DNA from: Spirochaetia bacterium
GTDB lineage: Bacteria; Spirochaetota; Spirochaetia; SZUA-6; Bin103
Assembly: GCA_965208575.1 (NCBI GenBank)
Contig: CBDBOV010000006.1
Coordinates: 1-64,000 of the forward strand
Reading direction: 5' to 3'
DNA length: 64,000 nt
Part shown: in pieces, positions 39,585 through 49,124 of the stretch
Position numbering within the stretch: the stretch's first letter is position 1
How the letters are laid out: each line of letters starts with the position of its first letter
Translations under genes and position numbers: made by a program
Notes under the pieces: generated by a model
Databases searched by the model: none
The model's input: only the letters and a program-made list of their open reading frames with translations
What the model was told of the DNA's origin: nothing

Positions 39585-41132
39585 TCAGGCGTCGGCGGTC
39601 TCGAAGGCGGTGATGTTGCGAGTGGCGCGGCTGAACTCGACGCCCACCAGGTGGATCGGTTCGCCTGCGGCGCGGTACTTGTCGGCGTAGCGGCGCCCCT
39701 GCAACTGGGCGAGCGCCGACCCGGGCGGCGCCATCTCCGCCACCTTGAACTCGAACAGGTAGACGTGGCCGGCGGCGCGCACCGCCATGTCCAGCCGCCC
39801 GTGACTGCTCGACTCCTCCACCGTGATGTCGTAGCCGAGCGCGGCGAAGTAGGAGTAGAACACGCTGGCGTAGAAGCCCTCGTAATCGGCGATGTCGTTG
39901 TTGGTGTACCATTGGTACGGGATGCTGGCGAAGAACGCGCTGAACAGCTCCCGGAGGCCGGCGCAATCGTGCGCCTCCAGCAGGCGCGCCAGGCGGATGC
40001 TGTTGGCGGTCTGCTGCGCCGTGTCCTGCACCAGGTGGCGCAGCAGCACCCGGTTCAGGCTCTGCCGCACCTCCCGGTTGGGATAGCCGAGCCGATACAA
40101 CGCCTCGCCGCCCAGCCGCTCTTCCGCGGCGATGGTCAAGTAGCCGGTCTGGAACAGTAGCGCCTCGGTGCCGATGTGGTGCACGTCGAACGCCGACAGC
40201 AACTCCGCCGTGCTCACCGTGTCGTCCAGCGAAACCGACGACACGCGGCGTTCGAACAGCTTGTCCACCAGGAACGCGGGCGTCCCGGTCTCGAACCAGT
40301 GCGCAGCGTATTCGCCGCGGCGCAGCAGCAGGAGCACGTCGTAGGGGTTGTACACTTTCTCGGCGCCGCGCCAGCTATAGCCGTTGTACCAATCCCGCAC
40401 CTGCTCCCGGTCCAGCGCCGCCATCTCTGGGGCGAACACCGTGTCCAGGTCTTGTTCCGTGTAGCCGCAGATCGACGAGTACGGGGGATCGAGCGTGATG
40501 TCGGTGAGGTTGTTCAGTTGCGAAAAGAGGTTGACCTTCGAGAACTTGGTGATGCCGGTGAGGAACGTGAACCGCACGTGGGCGTCGTTGTCCTTGATCA
40601 CGCCGTACAGCCCGCGCAGGTAGTCGCGGTTGGCGCGCGCCGTCTCGCGCTCCTCCAGCACGTCCAGGATCGGCTTGTCGTACTCGTCCACCAGCACCGC
40701 CACCCGCTGCCCGGCGTGCGCATGCAAAGTCCGTAGCAGATGGGCGAACCGTTCCGGCGCGGTGGCGTAACGTGCGCTCACGCCCTCTCGTTCCGCCACC
40801 GCTTCCAATTGCGCCAGGACACTCGTGTTCACATTCGCCGGCTCGATGAAGCTGCCACCGCCGAAGCTCAACCGCACCACCGGATGGCGCTGCGACCAGT
40901 CGTGGCGGGCGTGGATGTGCAGGCCGGCGAACAGCTCCTCGCTGCCTTCAAACAGCTCCTTGAGGGTATCCAGGAACAGGCTCTTGCCGAAGCGACGGGG
41001 GCGCGACAGGAAATAGTGCTTGCCTTCAAGGAGTAGTCGCTCAATGTAGCCAGTCTTGTCGACATAATAGCAGTCCTGCTCACGCAACTCGCGAAACGTT
41101 TGTATACCGATCGGCAGCCTGCGCCTGATCAT
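39585..41132 (-). CDS. AAA-ATPase-like protein with C-terminal PD-(D/E)XK nuclease domain
   Basis: LPIGIQTF, YYVDKT, SRPRRFGKS, LVDEYDKP and GRLDM...LFEFK. Confidence 0.9.
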   Translation of the reverse strand: MIRRRLPIGIQTFRELREQDCYYVDKTGYIERLLLEGKHYFLSRPRRFGKSLFLDTLKELFEGSEELFAGLHIHARHDWSQRHPVVRLSFGGGSFIEPANVNTSVLAQLEAVAEREGVSARYATAPERFAHLLRTLHAHAGQRVAVLVDEYDKPILDVLEERETARANRDYLRGLYGVIKDNDAHVRFTFLTGITKFSKVNLFSQLNNLTDITLDPPYSSICGYTEQDLDTVFAPEMAALDREQVRDWYNGYSWRGAEKVYNPYDVLLLLRRGEYAAHWFETGTPAFLVDKLFERRVSSVSLDDTVSTAELLSAFDVHHIGTEALLFQTGYLTIAAEERLGGEALYRLGYPNREVRQSLNRVLLRHLVQDTAQQTANSIRLARLLEAHDCAGLRELFSAFFASIPYQWYTNNDIADYEGFYASVFYSYFAALGYDITVEESSSHGRLDMAVRAAGHVYLFEFKVAEMAPPGSALAQLQGRRYADKYRAAGEPIHLVGVEFSRATRNITAFETADA

Positions 41133-41284
41133 GGCTCATCTTACCGCGCCGCACGGCGACACGAAACCGACGCGGGAAGGTGGGTGTTGACGGCCCGAGT
41201 CCTGCCACCGCGCATGTACGGGTCCAGGCGACATCCGCCACGCCGGCAGTGCCGAGGGCAGCGCGAGGTTCCGATGATAGGGAC

Positions 41285-42823
41285 ATGCAGAGAACGCGAA
41301 TCACTGCTCACACCGACTTTCGCATCGGCCGCGTCGACCCGCGCGTGTTCGGGGGATTCCTTGAACATATGGGCCGCGCCGTGTACGAAGGGGTGTACGA
41401 CCCGGACAGCGCGCTCGCGGATGCCGACGGCTGCCGCAGCGACGTGCTCGACGCCCTGGCCCGCTTGCGCATGACCGCCATGCGCTACCCCGGCGGCAAC
41501 TTCGCCTCCGGCTACCACTGGCAGGATGGCGTCGGCGCGCGCGAGCAGCGCCCGCGGGTGCGCGAGCTGGCCTGGCAAAGCATCGAGACCAACCGCTTCG
41601 GCACCGAGGAGTTCATCCGGCTGTGCCGGAAGCTGGACTGGACGCCGATGCTCACCGTCAACCTGGGCACCGGCACGCCGGAGGAGGCGCGCGACTGGGT
41701 CGAGTACTGCAACTGCCCCGCCGGCACGCGCTACGCCGACCTGCGCGCGGCATCCGGCGCCGCCGAACCCCACGGCGTGGGGCTGTGGTGCCTGGGCAAC
41801 GAGATGGACGGCACCTGGCAGCTCGGCCACGTGCCCGCCGACCAGTACGCCATCCGCGCCCAGCAGGCGGCCAAGATGATGAAAGATGCCGACTCCTCGA
41901 TCGAGCTGGTGGCGTGCGGCACCTGCTCCGTGGAACTGCCCACCTACATGGAGTGGGACCGCACCGTGCTGGAGCACCTCGGCGACCTGGCCGACTACGT
42001 CAGCCTGCACCGCTACGTCGGCAACCCGTCCGGCGATACCGCCGACTACCTGGCGGTGACGGCGGCGATCGACCGCCAGATCGAGGAGATGGACGCGGTG
42101 TGCCGCTACGTACAGGCGCGCCGGCGCAGCAACAAGCGCGCCTACCTGTGCTTCGACGAGTGGAACGTCTGGTACAAGAACCGCGAGATGGACGGCGCCG
42201 GCAAGGTCGCCCCGCACCTGATCGAGGAGGTGTACAACCTGGAGGACGCCCTGGTGGTGGCCGGCTTCCTGCACAGCTTCGTACGCCACGCCGACGTGCT
42301 CAAGATCGCCAACCTGGCGCAGATCGTGAACGTGATCGCACCGCTGCTCACGCGCGGCGACGAGCTGCTGGTGCAGAGCATCTTCTACCCGCTGGCGATG
42401 TTCGCAAATCGGCGCACCGGCACGGCTCTGCGCCTGGCCGTTGACGGCCCGCGCTACGACGGCGCGCAACACGGCACCGTCGACTACGTCGATGCCAGCG
42501 CCATCCTCGACGGCGACCGGCTGCACCTGTTCCTGACCAACCGCAGCCTGACCGAACCGGCGCCGGTGGCCCTGGCAATCGCCGACCGACCGGTGGCGGC
42601 GTGTGAGACCGCCGAGATCCTCACCGGGCCGAACCGGAAGGCCGCCGGACCGGATCCGAAGGCGGCCAACTCGTTCGCCGAGCCGGAGCTGATCAAGGCG
42701 CGGGCGTACAGCGCGGTGGCCGCCAAGGACGGCGAGGTGCGCTGCGAGCTGCCGCCGCTGTCGTTCGCCGCGCTGACGATCCGGCTGGCGCCGGCTGACG
42801 CCGCGTCCGGGAGGAGGAGCTGA
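41285..42823 (+). CDS. abfA: Alpha-L-arabinofuranosidase (GH51)
   Basis: GGFLEHMGRAVYEG, RYPGGNF, WCLGNEMDG, FDEWNVW and ANLAQIVNVIAP. Confidence 0.92.
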   Translation: MQRTRITAHTDFRIGRVDPRVFGGFLEHMGRAVYEGVYDPDSALADADGCRSDVLDALARLRMTAMRYPGGNFASGYHWQDGVGAREQRPRVRELAWQSIETNRFGTEEFIRLCRKLDWTPMLTVNLGTGTPEEARDWVEYCNCPAGTRYADLRAASGAAEPHGVGLWCLGNEMDGTWQLGHVPADQYAIRAQQAAKMMKDADSSIELVACGTCSVELPTYMEWDRTVLEHLGDLADYVSLHRYVGNPSGDTADYLAVTAAIDRQIEEMDAVCRYVQARRRSNKRAYLCFDEWNVWYKNREMDGAGKVAPHLIEEVYNLEDALVVAGFLHSFVRHADVLKIANLAQIVNVIAPLLTRGDELLVQSIFYPLAMFANRRTGTALRLAVDGPRYDGAQHGTVDYVDASAILDGDRLHLFLTNRSLTEPAPVALAIADRPVAACETAEILTGPNRKAAGPDPKAANSFAEPELIKARAYSAVAAKDGEVRCELPPLSFAALTIRLAPADAASGRRS

Positions 42824-42824
42824 C

Positions 42825-43895
42825 ATGACGGAAACGCACGCGGACGGCCCGGTGGTGGCGCCCGGCGAGTACCCGTTTGCCGTCGCCTTCCTCAGCCACA
42901 GCCATATCTTCGGCCAGACCAGGGGACTGGTGGACGCCGGCGCCACCCTGACCCGGGTGTTCGATCCCGATCCCGGCAAGGTGGCGGCCTTCCGCGAGCG
43001 CTTCCCGCAGGCGCAGCCCGCCGAGTCGTTCGAGGAGGTTCTCGCCGACCCGGCCATCCGCCTGGTGGCGTCCGCCGCCATCCCCGACACACGTGCCGCG
43101 ATCGGCGGGCGGGTGCTGGCGGCGGGCAAGGACTACTTCACCGACAAGGGGCCGTTCACGACCCTCGGGCAGCTCGCCGCCACCCGCGCCGCGGTGGCGC
43201 AGACCGGGCGCAAGTACCTGGTCTACTACGGCGAGCGGCTGCACAACGCCCCCACCTGGGAGGCGTGCGAGCTGGTGCGTGGCGGCGCCATCGGGCGCGT
43301 GCTGCAGGTGCTGATCCTGGCTCCGCACAACCTGCCCCAAGACTCCCGCCCGCCGTGGTTCTACGACAAGCGCCGCATGGGCGGCATCCTTACCGACATC
43401 GGCAGCCACCAGTTCGAGCAGTTCCTGTACGTCGCCGGCGCCGCGGGCGGGAGCGTCAACTACGCCCGCGCCGCCAACATGGGGCACCCCGAGCATCCCG
43501 GGCTGGAGGACTTCGGCGAGGCGTCGGTCACGCTCGACACCGGCGCCTCGGCGTACTGCCGGGTGGACTGGTTCAACCCGCGGGCGGCGCGCGCGTGGGG
43601 CGACGGGCGCGCCTTCATCCTGGGCAGCGACGGCTACGTCGAGGTACGCAAGAACGTCGATGCCGGCAACCCGGCCGGCGGACCGTGCGTGATCCTGGTC
43701 AACCACGACGAGGAGCGCACCATCACCTTCGACGGCAGCGAGCCGTTCCCGTTCTTCGGGCGCATGATCCTCGACTGCCTGCACCGCACCGAGCAGGCGA
43801 TGACCCAGGCGCACGCCTTCGCGGTGGCCGAGCTGACTCTGCAGGCACAGGCGGTCGCCGACAGCCACTCCGACAACCCGTTTCCGTCTCCTTGA
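42825..43895 (+). CDS. Gfo/Idh/MocA family oxidoreductase
   Basis: GKDYFTDK and GGILTDIGSHQ. Confidence 0.88.
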   Translation: MTETHADGPVVAPGEYPFAVAFLSHSHIFGQTRGLVDAGATLTRVFDPDPGKVAAFRERFPQAQPAESFEEVLADPAIRLVASAAIPDTRAAIGGRVLAAGKDYFTDKGPFTTLGQLAATRAAVAQTGRKYLVYYGERLHNAPTWEACELVRGGAIGRVLQVLILAPHNLPQDSRPPWFYDKRRMGGILTDIGSHQFEQFLYVAGAAGGSVNYARAANMGHPEHPGLEDFGEASVTLDTGASAYCRVDWFNPRAARAWGDGRAFILGSDGYVEVRKNVDAGNPAGGPCVILVNHDEERTITFDGSEPFPFFGRMILDCLHRTEQAMTQAHAFAVAELTLQAQAVADSHSDNPFPSP

Positions 43896-43919
43896 CAAGT
43901 CTCCAGAATGCGCTATGGT
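43892..43919 (+). promoter_or_regulatory. Sigma70-like promoter for the ABC operon
   Basis: TTGACA-N16-TATGGT. Confidence 0.55.
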
Positions 43920-44022
43920 GGCTGTGACTGGCTGCCCGCGGTGCGGGTGCGAGAGCAGCCAGGGAGCGGCACGCCGGTCCGCAATGCTCTCACGACTCCA
44001 AAGGATGCAATAAGGAGCACTC

Positions 44023-45813
44023 ATGCATATTGCACAAGTCACCAAGACCTTCGCGGTTGCGCTGGTCCTCGTGCTGGCCGCAACCGGCCTGTGGGCGGGC
44101 GCCGAAGCAGAGGAGGGGTCGGCGGCGGACGCCGACAAACGGTACGTCACCGACCCGGTCACCGGCAAGGTGTACACCGCGCACGAGTACGGCGGGTCAC
44201 TGACCTTCGTGAAGGGCAACGACGGCGGCTGGATCGACGCTTACAAGGAGAACGCGGTGTCCATGTGGGCCCTGGTAAACGAGAAACTGGGCAAGCTGGA
44301 CTGGGCGCTGGATCGCGATGCGTATCCGTTTACCGGCGGCTACATGACGCCGCTCTACGCACTGCGAGGGGCGCTGGCGGAGAGCTGGGAGCAGCCCGAC
44401 GACACCACCATCGTCATCAACGTGCGGCAGGGCGTGCACTGGCACGACAAGGCGCCGGTGAACGGTCGCGAGTTCGTTGCCACGGACGTCGAGCACTCCT
44501 TCCAGCGCTATCTGGGTCTGGGCAAGTTCGCCGGACAAGACCCTTCCCCAGGCGGAGGTGAGCTGACATCGGTGCCGTGGGAATCGGTCGAGGCGACCGA
44601 CCGGTATACGGTCGTGTTCAAGCTGCAGGAGCCGAGACTCCGTGCCCTCAACCTCATCCTGGACTGGTACCAGATGCTGATGCAGGCCCCGGAGGTGGTC
44701 GACGAACATGGCGGCATCACCGACTGGCGGCAGGGAGTGGGCACCGGGCCCTACGAGATGACGGACTGGGTCCTGGGCAGCTCGTTCGAGTACACCCGCA
44801 ATCCCAACTACTGGGGCTTCGACGAGAAGTGGCCGGAGAACCGCCTGCCCTACATCGAGAAGATATACGGCCTGGTCATCGTGGAGCATGCCACCCGCAT
44901 CGCGGGCCTGCGCGCCGGTACCATCGACTACATCGGTCATCCGGGATCCACCCAGATCTTCGACATCAACCAGTCCCTGAGTCTGCAGCGGACCCACCCC
45001 GAAATCAATCAGTACCCCTGGTCACAACGATCGGATAACTGTGCCGGCATCAACACCACCGTGCCGCCCTTCGATGACGTTCGAGTGCGCCGCGCGATGC
45101 AGATGGCACTGGACCTCGACACCATGAACGACTCCTACTACAAGGGGCTGGGCGGAACGACTCCTCGCGGATTCGTCGGCCGCAAGTTTCCGGCCTACAC
45201 GACCCTGTACGAAGATTGGTCCGAAGAGCTGAAGGGATCCTACAGTTACGATCCGGCCGGAGCCGAGGCGCTCCTCGACGAGGCGGGGTATCCGCGCGGC
45301 GCCGACGGCATCAGATTCAAGACCGAGTACATGCACTTCGACCGATTTCCGGTAAGCTGGTCGGAGTTCATGGTTTCGTACTGGCGGGAGATTGGCGTCG
45401 AGACCGACATCCTGACCCCGACTCAGGCGGAACATACGGCCCGGCGTAACGCCGGCGATTGGGCGCTGACGTCGGGCGCATGCGGCGTCGACGCAGATCC
45501 CATGATCATTGCACCTGGTTTTCGCTCGACAGTTGCTGGCTCGGGAGTCCACGACGCGCAATACGACGCTTGGTTCGAAACCGCGGTAAACGCCTCGACA
45601 ATCGAGGAACAGCAGAGCATCATCAAGCAGATGGACATGAGGTACATCGAACAGCACTGGATGATCTGGGGTCCCTGGGCGCCGCAGTACAACGTGGCCC
45701 AGCCATGGATCATGGGTTACAACGGCGAGGGCATTATCGGCGGCAACACCACCCATCTTGTCTTCTCGAAACTCTGGATCGATAGTCAGATGAAGGAGGC
45801 GATGGGTCACTAG
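44023..45813 (+). CDS. Peptide/nickel-type (family 5) ABC substrate-binding protein
   Basis: Signal peptide, LAESWEQPD, GTGPY, RNPNYW, PFDDVRVRRAM and AEALLDEAGY. Confidence 0.92.
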   Translation: MHIAQVTKTFAVALVLVLAATGLWAGAEAEEGSAADADKRYVTDPVTGKVYTAHEYGGSLTFVKGNDGGWIDAYKENAVSMWALVNEKLGKLDWALDRDAYPFTGGYMTPLYALRGALAESWEQPDDTTIVINVRQGVHWHDKAPVNGREFVATDVEHSFQRYLGLGKFAGQDPSPGGGELTSVPWESVEATDRYTVVFKLQEPRLRALNLILDWYQMLMQAPEVVDEHGGITDWRQGVGTGPYEMTDWVLGSSFEYTRNPNYWGFDEKWPENRLPYIEKIYGLVIVEHATRIAGLRAGTIDYIGHPGSTQIFDINQSLSLQRTHPEINQYPWSQRSDNCAGINTTVPPFDDVRVRRAMQMALDLDTMNDSYYKGLGGTTPRGFVGRKFPAYTTLYEDWSEELKGSYSYDPAGAEALLDEAGYPRGADGIRFKTEYMHFDRFPVSWSEFMVSYWREIGVETDILTPTQAEHTARRNAGDWALTSGACGVDADPMIIAPGFRSTVAGSGVHDAQYDAWFETAVNASTIEEQQSIIKQMDMRYIEQHWMIWGPWAPQYNVAQPWIMGYNGEGIIGGNTTHLVFSKLWIDSQMKEAMGH

Positions 45814-45831
45814 AGGGTTCTGCCTCTGAAT

Positions 45832-45873
45832 CGAAGCCCCGCAAGATCTTTCGGTTTTGCGGGGCTTCGTTTT
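45832..45873 (+). terminator. Intrinsic-terminator-like hairpin between binding protein and permeases
   Basis: CGAAGCCCCGCAA...TTGCGGGGCTTCG followed by TTTT. Confidence 0.7.
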
Positions 45874-45884
45874 CGGGAACCACA

Positions 45885-46889
45885 ATGAGAACGTACATCA
45901 TCAGGCGACTGTTGCTGATGATTCCGACCCTCCTGCTGCTGACCATCCTGGTCTTTCTGCTGGTCCGTTTCATCCCCGGGGATGTCGTCGACGCGATCGA
46001 GGCACAACTGGAATCCTTCAGTCCCGGCACCGAGATAGACCGTGCGGTCGTCGAGCGCCTGATGGGCCTGGACGTCCCGGTCTACGTGCAGTATGGACGC
46101 TGGATAGGCGTATTGCCGACGCCCGACCCGCTCACCGGCGAGTCCGAGTTCAGAGGCCTTCTCCAGGGTAGCCTGGGCCGATCCCTGTTCGGCCACTTTC
46201 CGATAGAGGCTGAAGTAATGCGGCGGCTGCCGCTCACCATCGAGCTCGGCGTCATGGCCATCGTCATCGGGCTGATAATAGCGCTGCCGGTCGGCATCTA
46301 CTCGGCGATCCGTCAGGACACGGCCGTCGACTACGCCGGCCGCACCGTCGCCGTCATCGGTCTGGCGACGCCCAACTTCTGGCTCGGGATCATGGTCATG
46401 GTGTTCCCGGCAATCTGGTGGGGCTGGTCACCTTCGATGAAGATGATTCCCTTCGCCGAAGACCCGCTCGGTAATCTCGGCATGTTTCTCATTCCCAGCG
46501 CGATTCTGGGCACGGCCCTGGCCGCGGGCACTATGCGGATGACCCGCACGATGATGCTGGAGGTGCTCAGGCAGGACTACATCAGGACGGCCTGGTCCAA
46601 GGGCCTCAAGGAGCGGGTGGTTGTTGTCAGACACGCCGTCAAGAATGCACTTATCCCCATCGTCACCGTGGTTGGCATGCAGGTGCCGCTCGTGGTCGGC
46701 GGCTCCGTCATCATGGAGAGCATATTCAATCTGCCGGGGCTGGGTCGGTTCCTGCTGGATGCCCTGAACCAGCGCAACTACCCGATCGTGTCCGGAGTAA
46801 ACATGTTCTTCGCCGCCGTCGTCCTGTTGAACAACCTGTTCATCGACCTGATCTATCCGTACCTGGACCCCAGGGTACGTTACCGGTGA
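45885..46889 (+). CDS. Peptide ABC transporter permease (DppB-like)
   Basis: YIIRRLL, QDYIRTAWSKGL and LDPRVRY. Confidence 0.93.
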   Translation: MRTYIIRRLLLMIPTLLLLTILVFLLVRFIPGDVVDAIEAQLESFSPGTEIDRAVVERLMGLDVPVYVQYGRWIGVLPTPDPLTGESEFRGLLQGSLGRSLFGHFPIEAEVMRRLPLTIELGVMAIVIGLIIALPVGIYSAIRQDTAVDYAGRTVAVIGLATPNFWLGIMVMVFPAIWWGWSPSMKMIPFAEDPLGNLGMFLIPSAILGTALAAGTMRMTRTMMLEVLRQDYIRTAWSKGLKERVVVVRHAVKNALIPIVTVVGMQVPLVVGGSVIMESIFNLPGLGRFLLDALNQRNYPIVSGVNMFFAAVVLLNNLFIDLIYPYLDPRVRYR

Positions 46890-47836
46890 TGAGTGACGCG
46901 ACGCTGACACCGGTCACCGGCAGCGAGCGCAAGCGACGTGGCCCCGTGGCCGACTTCTTCGTCAGATTGTGGAAGGAGAAGCCGCTGGGCACCGTCTGCG
47001 GGATCATCATTCTGCTGTTGATCCTGGTGGCGATCTTTGCCGATGTCCTGGCGCCCTATCCTTACTGGGAGGTTCATCCGGCGGACATGCTGCTTGGCTC
47101 ATCGGCCCGCTACTTGCTGGGCACCGATCAACTCGGCCGGGACTTTCTGAGCCGCATCATGTTTGGCGCCCGCCTGTCGTTGTTTGTCGGCCTTTCGGCG
47201 ACGGCGATCAACGTGGTGGTAGCGGTTCTGATCGGTGGCACCTCGGGATTCATCGGCGGCAAGCTGGACTTGGCGGTACAGCGGTTTGTCGATGCCTGGA
47301 TGGCGTTCCCGGGACTGCTCCTGCTGCTTTCGGTAATGTCGATCGCGGGAAAGGGTTTGCTGCAGATCATACTGGTCCTGGGGATATCGGGCGGCATCGG
47401 CGGCTCCCGGATAACGCGCGGCGCCGTCATTGCGGTCAAGGAGAATCTCTACTTTCAGGCGGCACGCGCGATCGGCGCTTCGCAGTGGACCGTGCTGGTG
47501 CGCCATGTCCTGCCCAACATCGCGCCGCCGGTAATCATCCTGTTCAGCATCAACATCGGTGGCGTGATCATTGCCGAGTCTTCATTGAGCTTCCTTGGAT
47601 TCGGCCTGCCGGCACAGATTCCGAGCTGGGGAGGAATGCTCAGCCGGGAAGGGCGGGTGTTCATGGAGACCGCGCCGTGGCTGGCTCTGTGGCCCGGCCT
47701 GTTCCTGACCGTCACCGTCTACAGCCTGAACATGTTCGGCGACGCGGTCCGCGACCTGCTCGACCCGCGCCTCCGGGGCGGCGGAAGCACGCTCCGCGGC
47801 GGCGGCGCCCGGGTCCGCACCGATCGCGCCAGGTAG
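46886..47836 (+). CDS. Peptide ABC transporter permease (DppC-like)
   Basis: LGTDQLGRD, RHVLPN, SLSFLGFG and GDAVRDLLDPR. Confidence 0.93.
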   Translation: MMSDATLTPVTGSERKRRGPVADFFVRLWKEKPLGTVCGIIILLLILVAIFADVLAPYPYWEVHPADMLLGSSARYLLGTDQLGRDFLSRIMFGARLSLFVGLSATAINVVVAVLIGGTSGFIGGKLDLAVQRFVDAWMAFPGLLLLLSVMSIAGKGLLQIILVLGISGGIGGSRITRGAVIAVKENLYFQAARAIGASQWTVLVRHVLPNIAPPVIILFSINIGGVIIAESSLSFLGFGLPAQIPSWGGMLSREGRVFMETAPWLALWPGLFLTVTVYSLNMFGDAVRDLLDPRLRGGGSTLRGGGARVRTDRAR

Positions 47837-47849
47837 CCGCCCGAACCGG

Positions 47850-48983
47850 TCAGGCCGGCGCACGGTACCGTTCGAGCGCCGGCACGGCGGTCATGCCGTC
47901 GCCGAGCGCGTAACGCAGGCGCCCCGGGTACACCACGTCGAGCGCATCCAGCGACAGGTCCCGGAAGGCGGTCGTCATCGAGTGGGTACGCCGCGGCGCG
48001 TCGACCCGCTTGATCTCGACGCCGATCCTTCGGCCGCGGACCAGCATCAGCAGGTCGAGTTCGGCGCCGTTGTGGGTCGCCCAGAAGTGGAGTTGATCCG
48101 GCTCGGTCTCGAACACGGTTTTCTCGATCACGAAGCCTTCCCACGAGGCGCCGATCTTGGGATGGCGCTGCAGCTCGTCCATGGTGCGGATGCCGAGCAG
48201 GTGATGGTACAGACCGGCATCGCGGAAATAGAGCTTCGGCCGCTTGACTTGGCGCTTGCCCAGATTCTCGTACCACGGACGGAGCTGCCGGATCAGGAAC
48301 AGTTGCTCCAGCAGGTCCAGGTAGCGGCGCACGGTTCCCTGACCGATCTGCAGCGCGTTCGCGAGCTCCGCGACGTTGACGATCTGACCGTGGTAGTGGG
48401 CAAGCATGAACAACAGGCGGTGAGTCGTCGGCGCCGGCAGCTCGGCACCGAACTGCGGCAGATCCCGCTCCACGAACGAGCGCAGGAATGCGCGCCGCCA
48501 CGTCATGCTGTCGGCATCGTTCGCGGCCAGGAACGAGCGCGGGAACCCACCTCGGCACCACAGGTCGGAGAACCCGTCCTCGTCGATCTCGACCGGCTGG
48601 AATCCGGTAAGCTCCAGGTACTCGATCCGTCCGGCCAGCGACTCGGACGCCTGGCGGAGCAAATCGGGCCCGGCGCTGCCCAGGATCAGGAACCGGCTTC
48701 CCGGGTCCGCGTCGACCAGCACCCGCAGGATCGGGAACAGGTCGGGCCGGCGCTGCACTTCGTCGATGACGGCAACTCCGACGACGGTCTGCAGCGCGGT
48801 CATCGGCTGGTCCAGACGTGCCAGATCGAGCGGATCTTCGAGGTCGAAATAGCCGGGCGAGCCGGCAGGCACGATCTGCCGGGCCAGGGTCGTCTTGCCG
48901 CACTGCCGGGGTCCCACGACGGCGACCACCGGAGTCCGGGCCAGCGCATGCCTGACGGTCTGCAGCGCTGCTCGGTCAATCAT
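47850..48983 (-). CDS. AAA+ ATP-binding protein, DUF4143-type (ATPase-wHTH-nuclease)
   Basis: GPRQCGKTT, IDEVQ, ESLAGR, GGFP, KLYFRDAG and ELDL...VEIK. Confidence 0.9.
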   Translation of the reverse strand: MIDRAALQTVRHALARTPVVAVVGPRQCGKTTLARQIVPAGSPGYFDLEDPLDLARLDQPMTALQTVVGVAVIDEVQRRPDLFPILRVLVDADPGSRFLILGSAGPDLLRQASESLAGRIEYLELTGFQPVEIDEDGFSDLWCRGGFPRSFLAANDADSMTWRRAFLRSFVERDLPQFGAELPAPTTHRLLFMLAHYHGQIVNVAELANALQIGQGTVRRYLDLLEQLFLIRQLRPWYENLGKRQVKRPKLYFRDAGLYHHLLGIRTMDELQRHPKIGASWEGFVIEKTVFETEPDQLHFWATHNGAELDLLMLVRGRRIGVEIKRVDAPRRTHSMTTAFRDLSLDALDVVYPGRLRYALGDGMTAVPALERYRAPA

Positions 48984-48994
48984 TCCTCCTATGT

Positions 48995-49033
48995 ACCATG
49001 AAATTACACAGGCGACAATGCTTTTTTCATGGT
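48995..49033. promoter_or_regulatory. Inverted repeat upstream of the ATPase gene
   Basis: ACCATGAAA-N21-TTTCATGGT. Confidence 0.5.
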
Positions 49034-49124
49034 TAGCAGTGAGTCTGTACGGTCACTCCGTGACATGGAAGACGATAGAACCGATGCCCAAGCATCGCCC
49101 GCCGGCCCACTCTTTCGGACCAGG

